A stretch of 64,000 nucleotides of DNA from an uncultured delta proteobacterium (GTDB lineage Bacteria; Myxococcota_A; Polyangia; Polyangiales; Polyangiaceae): contig CAWDXG010000004.1 in the NCBI GenBank assembly GCA_963806225.1, positions 4,832,001 through 4,896,000 on the forward strand, given 5' to 3'. This document shows, piece by piece, positions 19,477 to 28,938 of this stretch. The notes below the pieces were generated by a model. It worked only from the letters and a program-made list of their open reading frames with translations, was not told the origin of the DNA and searched no databases. The position numbers and the translations under genes are program-made. How positions within the stretch are numbered: the first letter of the stretch is position 1; the number at the start of each line of letters is the position of its first letter.

Positions 19477-20012
19477 TCGCGGAGCTCCTGACCGAACTGG
19501 TCTTCGAGGAAGCGCTCCTCGATCGAGGTCTTGACGACCAGGCCGGCGATGACGAGCACGAGGCCCGCTAGCGCGCCGAGCGTGCCGGCGATCAGCGTGT
19601 CGCCGGCGAGGGCGAGCAGCATGCCGGTGTAGATGGGGTGGCGCGCCAGGCGATATGGGCCGGACTGCACCAGGCGATGCCCCTCCTTGAGCGTGACCGA
19701 GCCGCTCCACAGCCGGCCCAGCGTCGCGCGCGCCCAGATCGCGAGTGCGGCGCCCGCGACCGAAAGCGCGAACCCGAGGACGTGCGAAGCGCTGCCGCGC
19801 GCGACAACGACGCTCTGGAGCCAGCGAACGTGCCCGGTCAGACGCGGGGCCATGATGGCGAGCGCTCCCAGCACGAGCGGCACGCGATACGAGATGGCAT
19901 CTCGCAGCGACTCCCGGCGAACGCTGCGCTTCGACAGCGCGGCTCCGACAAGCCACACCAGGCCGATCGCGATCCAGGGCGCGTAGTCGAGCAGGGTGAA
20001 CACGGGGCGCAT
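19434..20012 (-). CDS. Isoprenylcysteine carboxylmethyltransferase (ICMT/PEMT) family protein
   Basis: HRLVQSGPYRLARHPIYTG, EERFL...FG, Y...V.RLVP. Confidence 0.9.
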   Translation of the reverse strand: MRPVFTLLDYAPWIAIGLVWLVGAALSKRSVRRESLRDAISYRVPLVLGALAIMAPRLTGHVRWLQSVVVARGSASHVLGFALSVAGAALAIWARATLGRLWSGSVTLKEGHRLVQSGPYRLARHPIYTGMLLALAGDTLIAGTLGALAGLVLVIAGLVVKTSIEERFLEDQFGQELRDYRARVKRLVPFVW

Positions 20013-20097
20013 GCGCCGGGCTTATCCCAAAGAGCGCCCGGGCACTACGGTAGCCCCCGCTCCAGATCGATCTGCTACACCTTACGTCGGAGCTTCG

Positions 20098-21228
20098 ATG
20101 CGACGAATCGGTTGGAGTGCGCTCTTGGCGCTGGGGGCGTGCGGGCCAGTGCAGCAGCCGCGGTCGGCTGCGCTTGCGCCGGCTGGGAGTGCGTCGGCCC
20201 GTGCGGCGACAGCTGCGCCCGATGCTGCGCTTGCGTCCAGTGCGCCGGCCGCGCCTGCCGTCTCCAGCGCAACCGCGCCGGACAAGCCGCCGGCGGAGCG
20301 TGCCGCGGCCCCGCCGACGGCGCGCGCGCGGGCCTTCGGCGGAGCGGAGGTGGCGGTTTTCGACACGGCCTTCGGCGGCGGAGCGCCGCTCGCGCGCGGG
20401 GCGCGCGTCGGCTTCGTACAGATCCAGTGCAACGCCGAAGCGCACCGCTGCTTCAACGCGGGCTACAAGGTCAACGCGCGAGCGCTGTTCGCCTGCTTCC
20501 GCGTGGAGCATCGCTCGGCCGACGCGGCGCTGCTCCGCGCGCTGGGGCGCGACATCAACGACGACTGGGAGGTCGGCGACAGCGCGTTGCTTGCGCGGCT
20601 GGCTCCGGCAACTCCGCTGCCGACCTACGCCGTCGTGCGCGTGACGGGCTGGTACGAGGTGGCGGTCTTCGCGAAGCAGGCGGAATGCCGCGGGCCCTGC
20701 GCGCACCAGGCGCCGCGCCAGGTGGGAACGCGCCGCGAGCGCGTGAGGACGGAGATCCTGGTGCAGCCGGGTGGCGGGTCACCCGGCGTCAGCGATCCGA
20801 GATTTCACTATCCTCTGGCCATCGCGCAGCGCGTGCCGCTGCGTGTACACTTCTTCGTCCCTGAAGGGCCGGACACCGCTCCCGATCGTCTGCGCGACCT
20901 GGTGCGGAGCGGGCAGGGGTTGCCCACCGACGCGAGCGCGATCGAGCCCTGGGTCGATGCAGAGAAGGCCCTCGCGCTGCGCTTCAGCGGCTACGTCATG
21001 CTCGTTTCGGCCGCGCTGTCCCGCCGCACCGCCGGCGCGCCGACCGGGCGCTGGCTCGGCGAAATCCAGCGCCTGGCGCCGATCCTGAAGGCGAGGCTCG
21101 ACGAAAAGGGGCAGCGCGCGGTGGATCAGACGCTGCACAGCCTCGCGACGCTCCAGTCCGGAGGATTCCTGACGAAAGCCACGGCATGCCCGGCCGCCGT
21201 AGCGATAGCCGACCGGAACGCGCCGTGA
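20098..21228 (+). CDS. Hypothetical lipoprotein
   Basis: Lipobox LGAC, Ala/Pro linker, globular C-terminal part. Confidence 0.6.
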   Translation: MRRIGWSALLALGACGPVQQPRSAALAPAGSASARAATAAPDAALASSAPAAPAVSSATAPDKPPAERAAAPPTARARAFGGAEVAVFDTAFGGGAPLARGARVGFVQIQCNAEAHRCFNAGYKVNARALFACFRVEHRSADAALLRALGRDINDDWEVGDSALLARLAPATPLPTYAVVRVTGWYEVAVFAKQAECRGPCAHQAPRQVGTRRERVRTEILVQPGGGSPGVSDPRFHYPLAIAQRVPLRVHFFVPEGPDTAPDRLRDLVRSGQGLPTDASAIEPWVDAEKALALRFSGYVMLVSAALSRRTAGAPTGRWLGEIQRLAPILKARLDEKGQRAVDQTLHSLATLQSGGFLTKATACPAAVAIADRNAP

Positions 21229-21420
21229 ACCTCTGGCCTGGCTTGCACCAGGGCGCGACAGCAGGTCGAAAAGACGATGATGGCAGTGCGCGAGGCTTCG
21301 GCCCGCTAGCGCCCGGAGGCAGGACGCCTGCAAGGCCGGCGTCTCCCATGCTTGCGAAGCGGCGGCTTCGTACAAGAAGACCGGCCACTTCAACGTCAAC
21401 TGATTCCCGCGCCGCGCCCG

Positions 21421-22830
21421 CTACGCGTTCTTCTTCGCCAGCGCGCCGAGGCACTCGTACGCGGCGTACTTGTACGACTCGGCGAGCGTTGGATAGTTGA
21501 AGACCATGTCGATGAAAAGATCGACGGTGGCGCCCACGTGGATCGCGGCCTGGCCGATGTGGACGAGCTCGGTGGCGCGCTCGCCGATGACGTGGACGCC
21601 GATCAAGCGGCGGTCTTCCGCGTTCACGACCAGCTTGGTGATGCCCTCGAGGTCGCCGGTGATCTTTCCGCGGGCGTTGTTCTTGTACAGGGCGCGGCCG
21701 ACCACGAAGTCGATGTCCTTTTCGGCGGCGCTCTGCTCCGTTTCGCCGACGGCGCTGACTTCCGGGATGGTGTAGATGCCATAGGGCATCAGGTCGTCGA
21801 CGGCCTGCTTGTACTCGAAGCCGAAGGCGTGGCACACGGCAACGCGCCCCTGCTCCATCGAAACCGACGCCAGCGCCGGGAAGCCGATCACGTCGCCCGC
21901 CGCCCACACGTTCGGCACTCTCGTGCGGTACTGCTTGTCGACGGGGATGTAGCCGCGCTTGTTCGGCTCGATGCCGATGTTCTCGAGGCCGAGGCTGTGC
22001 GAGCAGCCGACGCGCCCTGCGCTGAACAGCAGCTGCTCGGAAAGCAGCCGCGTGCCGTCGTCGAGCGTCGTAGTGACGCTGACGCCGCGGCGCTCCACGT
22101 TGTTCCAGCGGCGGCCCTGGAGCAGCCGGATGCCCAGGTGTTTCATCGCGGTGCGCAGCCGCTCGATGATCTCGCGGTCGAGGAACGGCAGGATCTCGTC
22201 GCGCGCGTCGACCAGCTGCACCTCCACGCCGAGCGCCGCGAACATGCAGGCGTACTCGCAGCCGATCACGCCGCCGCCGAGGATGGTGAGCGACGCGGGT
22301 AGCTTGTGGATGTGCAGGACCTCGTCGCTGTCGTGGATGAGCTCGTCCTCGAAGTCGATGTCGGTCGGGCGGTACGGGCGCGAGCCGGTGGAGATCAGGA
22401 AGTGCTCGCCGCTGATCATGTGCTCGCCGTCGGGGCCGATGACGTGGACGGTGTGCGGATCGACGAAGCGCGCCGTGCCGGCGACGTAGCTGACCTTGTG
22501 GCGGTCGAGGTTGTGGCGGATGGCGAGCGACTCGGCTTCGGCGATGGCGTTCTTGCGGGCCATCAGATGCGGCACGGTGGTGCCCGGCTCGAGGTGCACG
22601 GCGACGCCGTACAGGTCGCGGGCGCGATAGCCGGACAGGTACAGGGCGCTCTCGCGCAGCGTCTTGCTCGGCAGGGTGCCGGTGTGGACGGCGGCGCCGC
22701 CGGGCTGGAGTGCCTTCTCGACGACGGCGACGCGCTTGCCGAAATAGGCCGCCTGGGCGGCGCCCTTCTCGCCAGCGGGGCCGGCGCCGATCACGACGAG
22801 GTCGAAGTGCTGGTCGGACGAATTTTCCAC
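21421..22830 (-). CDS. sthA: Soluble (Si-specific) NAD(P)+ transhydrogenase
   Basis: GAGPAGEKGAAQAAYFGK, GTLPSKTLRE (no redox Cys pair), FNYPTLAESYKYAA. Confidence 0.92.
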   Translation of the reverse strand: MENSSDQHFDLVVIGAGPAGEKGAAQAAYFGKRVAVVEKALQPGGAAVHTGTLPSKTLRESALYLSGYRARDLYGVAVHLEPGTTVPHLMARKNAIAEAESLAIRHNLDRHKVSYVAGTARFVDPHTVHVIGPDGEHMISGEHFLISTGSRPYRPTDIDFEDELIHDSDEVLHIHKLPASLTILGGGVIGCEYACMFAALGVEVQLVDARDEILPFLDREIIERLRTAMKHLGIRLLQGRRWNNVERRGVSVTTTLDDGTRLLSEQLLFSAGRVGCSHSLGLENIGIEPNKRGYIPVDKQYRTRVPNVWAAGDVIGFPALASVSMEQGRVAVCHAFGFEYKQAVDDLMPYGIYTIPEVSAVGETEQSAAEKDIDFVVGRALYKNNARGKITGDLEGITKLVVNAEDRRLIGVHVIGERATELVHIGQAAIHVGATVDLFIDMVFNYPTLAESYKYAAYECLGALAKKNA

Positions 22831-22882
22831 GGCGCGGATGATACCGCGTCGGCGGGCGCTTTTGGGGGCGGCGTCCGCGGCG

Positions 22883-24040
22883 CTACATCAGCGAGACGAC
22901 CCAGCCGGCGCCGATCCAGGCGCCGATAGCCGAGCCGAGCGTGGCCATGATGGCGACCAGCAGCACGCGGGTGACGCGGTTCCTGTAGATCCCGCGCAGG
23001 CTGAGCGCATCGCGGCTGACGTTGTGGGCGTCTTCCACCCGCGGCTTGCGCAGCCACGCCTCGACCATGCCGGCGACCATGCCGGCGCCGATCGTGGGAT
23101 TGAGCGACGTGATAGGCGAGGCGATGAAGGCCGTGACGACCGTGAGCGGCTTGGCGCCGGCCACCATGCTGAGCAGTGCGGCGACGACGGAGTTCGGCAG
23201 GATCCAGGCGAACAGCATGTGCTTGAGCGTTTCGCCCGAGTGCTGCGTGAAGCCCCAGTAGAACGCGAACAGCACAATGGCCGGGATGATCCACTTCCAC
23301 AGGCCGGCGTAGGGCGCGGGCGGCGGGATCTCGCTGAGCGCATCGCGGTCGACGTGCTCGCCCAGGTGCGACAGCATGCCCTTGACGTGGCCGGCGCCGA
23401 CGACGCCGACGATGCGCTTTCCGGGCGCTTCCTGGATGCGACTCATCAGGTAGCGGTCGCGCTCGTCGATGAGCGGCTCCTTCACCTGTGGCATGACCCG
23501 CGCGAGCTCCTCCATCATCTCGCTGATGGTGTCGCGGTCCTTCAGCTCCTCGATCTGCTCCTCGGTGATCTCCTCCGCCGCGAAGGGCGCGGCGAGCAGG
23601 CTGCCGAGCAGCTTCATGCGGCTCCAGAAACCGACGTTGCGCCAGGTGCGCTTGAGCGTGGCCTGGATGTCGCGGTCGGCCAGCACGACCTCGGCACCGA
23701 CCTCCTCGGCCGCGCGGACCGCGGCGAGCAGTTCCGCGCCGGGCCGCACGCCGAGCTTCTCGCCCATCTTGCGCTGGTAGGCGCTGAGCGCGAGGCTCGT
23801 CACCAGGAACAGCAGCTTCTTCTGGCGCATGACCTGGAACAGGTCGAGCTTCTGCCACTGGCTGTCGTCGTGCAGGGCGTCGTAGCGGGTCTGGTCGAGC
23901 TCGACGCACACGGTATCGGGGCGTTCCGTGGTGATGATGCGCTGGACCTCGTCGACGCTCTTCTGCGAGATGTGCGCCGTGCCGACGAGGAAGATCTCGC
24001 GCCCCTCGTGCTCGATCCGCGTGACGTGCTCGTCGGTCAT
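22883..24040 (-). CDS. TraB/GumN (pheromone shutdown-like) family protein
   Basis: LVGTAHIS, VCVELD..R, LADRDIQ.TLKR, LIDERD, VVGAGH plus C-terminal TM helices. Confidence 0.9.
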   Translation of the reverse strand: MTDEHVTRIEHEGREIFLVGTAHISQKSVDEVQRIITTERPDTVCVELDQTRYDALHDDSQWQKLDLFQVMRQKKLLFLVTSLALSAYQRKMGEKLGVRPGAELLAAVRAAEEVGAEVVLADRDIQATLKRTWRNVGFWSRMKLLGSLLAAPFAAEEITEEQIEELKDRDTISEMMEELARVMPQVKEPLIDERDRYLMSRIQEAPGKRIVGVVGAGHVKGMLSHLGEHVDRDALSEIPPPAPYAGLWKWIIPAIVLFAFYWGFTQHSGETLKHMLFAWILPNSVVAALLSMVAGAKPLTVVTAFIASPITSLNPTIGAGMVAGMVEAWLRKPRVEDAHNVSRDALSLRGIYRNRVTRVLLVAIMATLGSAIGAWIGAGWVVSLM

Positions 24041-24122
24041 CTGGCACCTGCGTTACCCGACAACCGCCTGCCGTTCCAGTCGCTTGCTGCGCGGGCGCCC
24101 CGGCTCGGGCACAATCGCGGCC

Positions 24123-25283
24123 GTGTTCTCCTCGCGCAGCGGTACGGATCGACAGCCCAATCAGTTGTCGGAGGCGCTCGAGCGCATGCGGCGGAGCGGG
24201 CGGACGATCCTCGACCTGACGCTTTCGAATCCGACGCGGGCCGGGCTGCCCTATGCCGAGGGTGCGATCCAGCAGGCGCTGACCGACCCGGGAGCGCTTG
24301 GCTACGACCCCGAGCCGTTCGGGCTACCGGCGGCGCGGCAGGCGGTGGCGGTGCACCTCGCCGAACGCGGTCTCGACGTGCCGCCGTCGCGCATCCTGCT
24401 CACCGCCAGCACCAGCGAGGCCTACGGCTTCGCGCTCAAGCTCTTGTGCGATCCGGGCGACGAGGTGCTGGTGCCCGCGCCGAGCTATCCGCTGCTGGAG
24501 CACCTGGCCGGCTACGAGAGCGTGCAGCTGTCGCGCTATCCGCTCGGCTATGACGGGGCGTGGCACATCGACCTGGACGAGCTCGCGGGGCGGGTGAGCG
24601 AACGTACTCGCGCGATCATCGTGGTGAGCCCCAACAATCCGACCGGCTCGTACCTGAAACAGGACGAGCTCCAGGCTCTGGAACGGCTCGGGCTGCCCGT
24701 GATCTCCGACGAGGTGTTCGCCAGCTATCCGCTGTCGGACGATCCCCGGCGCGCGGCGAGCGCGCTCGAAGCTCGCGACGTGCTGGTGCTGGCGCTGGGC
24801 GGCCTGTCCAAGCTGGCCGCGCTGCCGCAGATGAAGCTCGCCTGGGCGGCGCTCGGCGGGCCGGCGGCTCTGGTGGACGAGGCGCTCGGGCGCCTGGAGC
24901 TGATTGCGGATGCGTACCTGTCGGTGGGCACACCGGTGCAGCTCGCCCTGCCCGGGCTGCTCGCCAGCCGTCAGGGGACCGAGCACGCGATCCGCGAGCG
25001 CGGCCGTGACAATCTCGCGGCGCTTCGCCAGGCGCTTGACGGCAGCGCGGCGACGGTGCTGCACGTGGAGGGCGGCTGGTACGCGGTGGTGCGGTTGCCT
25101 GCGACGCAGAGCGAGGAAGAGTGGGTGCTCGCTCTCCTGGAGCAGCATGGCGTGCTGGTGCAGCCAGGCTGGTTCTACGATTTCGAGATGGAACCCGTCG
25201 TGATCGTCAGTCTTCTGACGCCGGGGCCGGAGCTTGTTGACGGCGCCGCGCGGCTGGCAGCCTGCGTCGCGGTTCCGGCCTGA
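24123..25283 (+). CDS. Class I/II PLP-dependent aminotransferase
   Basis: SPNNPTG, ISDEVF, GLSK motifs. Confidence 0.9.
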   Translation: MFSSRSGTDRQPNQLSEALERMRRSGRTILDLTLSNPTRAGLPYAEGAIQQALTDPGALGYDPEPFGLPAARQAVAVHLAERGLDVPPSRILLTASTSEAYGFALKLLCDPGDEVLVPAPSYPLLEHLAGYESVQLSRYPLGYDGAWHIDLDELAGRVSERTRAIIVVSPNNPTGSYLKQDELQALERLGLPVISDEVFASYPLSDDPRRAASALEARDVLVLALGGLSKLAALPQMKLAWAALGGPAALVDEALGRLELIADAYLSVGTPVQLALPGLLASRQGTEHAIRERGRDNLAALRQALDGSAATVLHVEGGWYAVVRLPATQSEEEWVLALLEQHGVLVQPGWFYDFEMEPVVIVSLLTPGPELVDGAARLAACVAVPA

Positions 25284-25481
25284 CGGCCAGCAGCGACGGG
25301 GATGTCGCGCCCTGTGCCGGCCTGGGCCATCTCCAGGTCCTTGGACACGCGACAGCGAGCTCGCGTCGAGCGGGACGAGGCGCGCCGGGGGACCGGAGGC
25401 ACGCTTCCGGGCAACGGGGTACGGCGTTTGCTTCTGCGCGCGCGCAGGCGCAAGCTCGCGGCTCGGCGTAGGGAGGCAGCA

Positions 25482-27242
25482 GTGAATCTCCGGTATCCGG
25501 TGTTGGTGGGCGCGGCGGTGGCCGCGCTGGGAACAACCCATTGCGGCGGTCGCGGACCGTTGCTGGACGAGACCCAATGCGGGCCGGGAACGGTGCTGGT
25601 GAACGGGCAGTGCCTGCCGACCGACGGCGGCGCGACCGGAGGCACCGCGGGCAGCGGCGGTAGCTCGGGTTTTGGCGGCAGCTCCGGCTTTGGCGGCTTT
25701 GGCGGCAGCTCCGGCTTCGGTGGCAGTTCCGGCTTTGGCGGCAGCTCCGGCTTCGGTGGCAGTTCCGGCTTTGGCGGCAGCTCCGGCTTCGGTGGCAGTT
25801 CCGGGTTCGGCGGCAGCTCCGGCTTCGGCGGCAGCTCCGGGTTCGGTGGCAGCTCCGGGTTCGGTGGCAGCGCGGGCTTCGGCGGCAGCTCCGGCTTCGG
25901 CGGCAGCTCCGGCTTCGGCGGCAGCTCCGGCTTCGGCGGCAGCTCCGGGTTCGGTGGCAGCGCGGGCTTCGGTGGCAGCGCGGGCTTTGGTGGCAGCGCG
26001 GGCTTTGGTGGCAGCGCGGGCTTTGGTGGCAGCGCGGGCTTTGGTGGCAGCGCGGGCTTTGGTGGCAGCGCGGGGAGCGGGGGCACCGGCGGCAGCTGCA
26101 ACAGCGCGACGACCGACTGCGACGGCGACGGCTGGATGGTCAAGGACGGCGACTGCTGCGACAAGCCGGGGCCGTGCAGCTTCACGCCGGAGCTCGTGAA
26201 CCCGGGCGCCATCGAGTACATCGGCAACGCCGTCGACGACAACTGCAACGGCATGATCGACGAGGTCAACCCGCCCTGCGACGTGAAGGTCACGCAGACC
26301 GACAGCAGCGATCCGCTCGACTACGCGCGGGCGATGGATCTCTGCACGTTCACCCAGCAGAACGAGCCGCTGCCGAAGCGGACCTGGGGCGTCATCGACG
26401 GTCAGCTCACGCTTGCCGACGGCAGCGGCACGCCGGCGGCGGTCTCGCACGCCGTGCGCCCGCAGTTCGGCAAGGGGCTGTATCCGATCAAGGGCCAGCG
26501 CTTCGCGATCCTGTCGACCGGCGCGGCGGCAGCTCCCGGGGACACGAACCCGTCCTACACGGCGTTCCAGCCCGGCAGACAGAACGGGACGGCGAGCGGC
26601 TTCCCGCAGGACTGGCTCGCGGCGCATGGCGGCCAGCTGCCGAACTCGCCGGGCTGTCCCGGTCCGACGGGCAGCCAGGCCAACGATCCAGTGATGTTGA
26701 CGCTGCGCATCCGCGTGCCGACCAACGCGCGCTCTTTCTCGTTCAACTCGTTCTTCCTGTCGGCGGAGTTCCCCGAGTACGTGTGCACGCCGTACAACGA
26801 CTTCTTCGTGGCGCTGGTCGACGCGGGCGTGAACAACAACCCGCCCGACAAGAACCTGGCCGTCTACATCGCCCCCGATTTCAAGCGCTACCCGATCGGC
26901 GTGAACCTGGCGCAGGGGACCAACCTGTTCGCCGTCTGCGATGGCGGCCCGACGGGCTGCGCCGGCGGCGTTCCCGGCACGGCGACCTGCGCGTCCGGCC
27001 CCTCGCTGCTCAGCGGAACCGGCTTCGACACTGCCGATCAGGGTTGCGGCACGCCGCCCAACGCGAGCCAGCTGCTCGGAGGCGGCACGGGTTGGCTGAC
27101 GACGGCCGGCAACGCCAAGCCCGGCGACATCATGAAGATCCGCATCGCGCTCTGGGACACCAGCGACGCGGTCTACGACTCGCTGCTCCTGCTCGACAAC
27201 TGGGTCTGGAACCTGAACCCCGCGCAGCCCGGAACGAACTGA
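25482..27242 (+). CDS. Lipoprotein with long GFGGS(S/A) repeat, MopE-like metal-binding repeat and choice-of-anchor L-like domain
   Basis: Signal peptide ending THCGG; DCDGDGW...DCCD...VNPGAIE..GNAVDDNCNG.IDE; FLSAEFPEYVCTPYNDFF...D..YDS. Confidence 0.8.
   Translation: MNLRYPVLVGAAVAALGTTHCGGRGPLLDETQCGPGTVLVNGQCLPTDGGATGGTAGSGGSSGFGGSSGFGGFGGSSGFGGSSGFGGSSGFGGSSGFGGSSGFGGSSGFGGSSGFGGSSGFGGSSGFGGSAGFGGSSGFGGSSGFGGSSGFGGSSGFGGSAGFGGSAGFGGSAGFGGSAGFGGSAGFGGSAGFGGSAGSGGTGGSCNSATTDCDGDGWMVKDGDCCDKPGPCSFTPELVNPGAIEYIGNAVDDNCNGMIDEVNPPCDVKVTQTDSSDPLDYARAMDLCTFTQQNEPLPKRTWGVIDGQLTLADGSGTPAAVSHAVRPQFGKGLYPIKGQRFAILSTGAAAAPGDTNPSYTAFQPGRQNGTASGFPQDWLAAHGGQLPNSPGCPGPTGSQANDPVMLTLRIRVPTNARSFSFNSFFLSAEFPEYVCTPYNDFFVALVDAGVNNNPPDKNLAVYIAPDFKRYPIGVNLAQGTNLFAVCDGGPTGCAGGVPGTATCASGPSLLSGTGFDTADQGCGTPPNASQLLGGGTGWLTTAGNAKPGDIMKIRIALWDTSDAVYDSLLLLDNWVWNLNPAQPGTN
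25668..26072. repeat. 18-bp coding tandem repeat, ~22.5 copies (GFGGSS/GFGGSA)
   Basis: GGSTTYGGYGGCAGY(TCC/GCG) units counted directly. Confidence 0.95.
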
Positions 27243-27263
27243 GCTACGCGGGGTGACCCCCCG

Positions 27264-28157
27264 CTAGCGATAGCGTCGGCGGAGGACGAGGCCGCCGAGC
27301 AGCGCCAGCGCGCCGAACAGCAGCGCCGGGTCGGCCGGAGTGTGGCTCGCCTCGATGCGGCAGTTGCAGCCCGGCTTCTCCTTGATGGGCGGGGGCGCGT
27401 CGTCGGCGCCGTTGTCGCCGCTCGGTTCCGTGTCGTCGCCCGAGGGCTCGCCGGCGCTGTCTGAATCGCCGCTACCCGCGCTGTCGTCTCCGCCGCCGGA
27501 GCTGTCGTCGGAGGCCTTGTCGGATGAAGCACTGTCAGCGCCGGAGCCGCTGCCGTCGTCGGACACGTCGCCGTTCTTGTCGACGTGCCTCATGTCCTCC
27601 TTCTTCTTCGCCTTCTTCTTGCCGACGTTGCCGCTGAACACCATCGTGCGGCGGTCGATCGGCTTGTTCTTGCCTCCCAGGATCAGCGTGATGGGGCGCC
27701 CGATGAGGTGACCGGAGCGCGAATCGCGGATCTTGACCTGGTACTCGCCGGCCTTGAAGTCGTGGGCGCGTGTGATCTTGAAGGTGAACTTCGTCCGCTT
27801 CTGGATCTTGCCGGTGCCGGGATCGAGGAAGCCGATGTCCACGTCCTCGATGATGGCCGGGTTGTTGGTCAGCGGGACCTTGCGCTCGACGATCTTGTCG
27901 CCGTCGACCAGGTCGCGCTCGTAGTACGCCTTCGGGGTGAACTCGAACTTCACCGGGATGTGCGGAATACTCGGCGGGTGGCTCATGTAGATCTTCACCC
28001 CGAGATGCCAGGAGTGATCATCACGTTCCTGGGGGTGCTTGTTGTTCCACACGACGCGCCCGGCGGCCCGCGCCACTGTCGAGAGCAGCAGCACTGCCAA
28101 CAGGCAGGGAAGGGCGGCGAGGAGACGGGACCAACGTAGAAAGGGGCTCTTCGGCAT
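27264..28157 (-). CDS. Secreted protein with acidic Ser/Asp/Gly linker and MYXO-CTERM tail
   Basis: Signal peptide; tail PGCNCRIE...ALLFGALALLGGLVLRRRYR. Confidence 0.8.
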   Translation of the reverse strand: MPKSPFLRWSRLLAALPCLLAVLLLSTVARAAGRVVWNNKHPQERDDHSWHLGVKIYMSHPPSIPHIPVKFEFTPKAYYERDLVDGDKIVERKVPLTNNPAIIEDVDIGFLDPGTGKIQKRTKFTFKITRAHDFKAGEYQVKIRDSRSGHLIGRPITLILGGKNKPIDRRTMVFSGNVGKKKAKKKEDMRHVDKNGDVSDDGSGSGADSASSDKASDDSSGGGDDSAGSGDSDSAGEPSGDDTEPSGDNGADDAPPPIKEKPGCNCRIEASHTPADPALLFGALALLGGLVLRRRYR

Positions 28158-28256
28158 GCGTTTCTCCGGCGCGACGGCATGCGGCCTCGCGCGGGTGGGG
28201 GTTTCGTTCCCGAGCGCATCGGGGCTAGAACCAGGAGGCGAGTGATACTAGCCGGA

Positions 28257-28904
28257 ATGCTGTCAGCTCGTCACGCCTCGCTGGTCTTCGCTTCCGGCGC
28301 GGCGGTGGCGGTCGGATGTTCCACCCGTGCGGTTCCCCGCAGCCAACCCGCGGCTCCCGCAGTGCCGGCCACATCATTCGCTGAAGCAATGCCGGAAAGT
28401 TCCGGCACGGGTGCAGAAGCGGGCACCGCAGCGACCGACGGGGGCATCGCGGTCGACTGGGAGGAGCAACGCGTCGACGCCGCGGCGCGGGAGGCGGCCG
28501 CGTGTCGTGACGTGCTGGGTGGACACCTCGCGCGGGTCTCGTGCGATCGCACGCGCATCCTGCTGGGCGGGCGGATCATCGCGCCCCCCAAGCGCCCGGC
28601 GCCGCCCAGGGCGACGCGCCGCCTGCTCGACGCCGTAGCTGGGCTTCTGCGCGCGCATCCCGGGCTACAGCTGCTCCGCATCGAAGCCTACAGCTCGCAC
28701 GATCCCGGCGGGGAGAAGCTGCACGTGCGGCGCGAGATCGAACAGAGCCAGGCGCGAGCCGACGCTGTCTTCCGCTACCTGTGGCAAAAGGACCGGATCT
28801 CGCCGGAACGTCTGGATCCGGTCGGCTACGGCTTCAGGCCGGCTTTCCGGAGCGCCGGGCAGCGCTGGCCGATCGTGCTCCGCGTGGTGCAGCGTGCGAG
28901 GTAG
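28257..28904 (+). CDS. Lipoprotein with divergent OmpA-like C-terminal domain
   Basis: Lipobox AVGC; LLDAVAGLLRAHP..LRIEAY...SQARADAVFRYL...ISPERL.PVGYG. Confidence 0.65.
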   Translation: MLSARHASLVFASGAAVAVGCSTRAVPRSQPAAPAVPATSFAEAMPESSGTGAEAGTAATDGGIAVDWEEQRVDAAAREAAACRDVLGGHLARVSCDRTRILLGGRIIAPPKRPAPPRATRRLLDAVAGLLRAHPGLQLLRIEAYSSHDPGGEKLHVRREIEQSQARADAVFRYLWQKDRISPERLDPVGYGFRPAFRSAGQRWPIVLRVVQRAR

Positions 28905-28938
28905 CAATCCACGCCCGGAGCGAATACCTTCGGGGCAC

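Noticed and set aside
22883..24040. TraB as a conjugation or kin-recognition gene
   Set aside because: It is the TraB/GumN family, unrelated to Myxococcus TraAB or to conjugation machinery.
25175..26293. Minus-strand ORF with PKPELP/PKPALP repeats
   Set aside because: Antisense shadow of the GFGGSS repeat gene, which has the signal peptide and recognisable domains.
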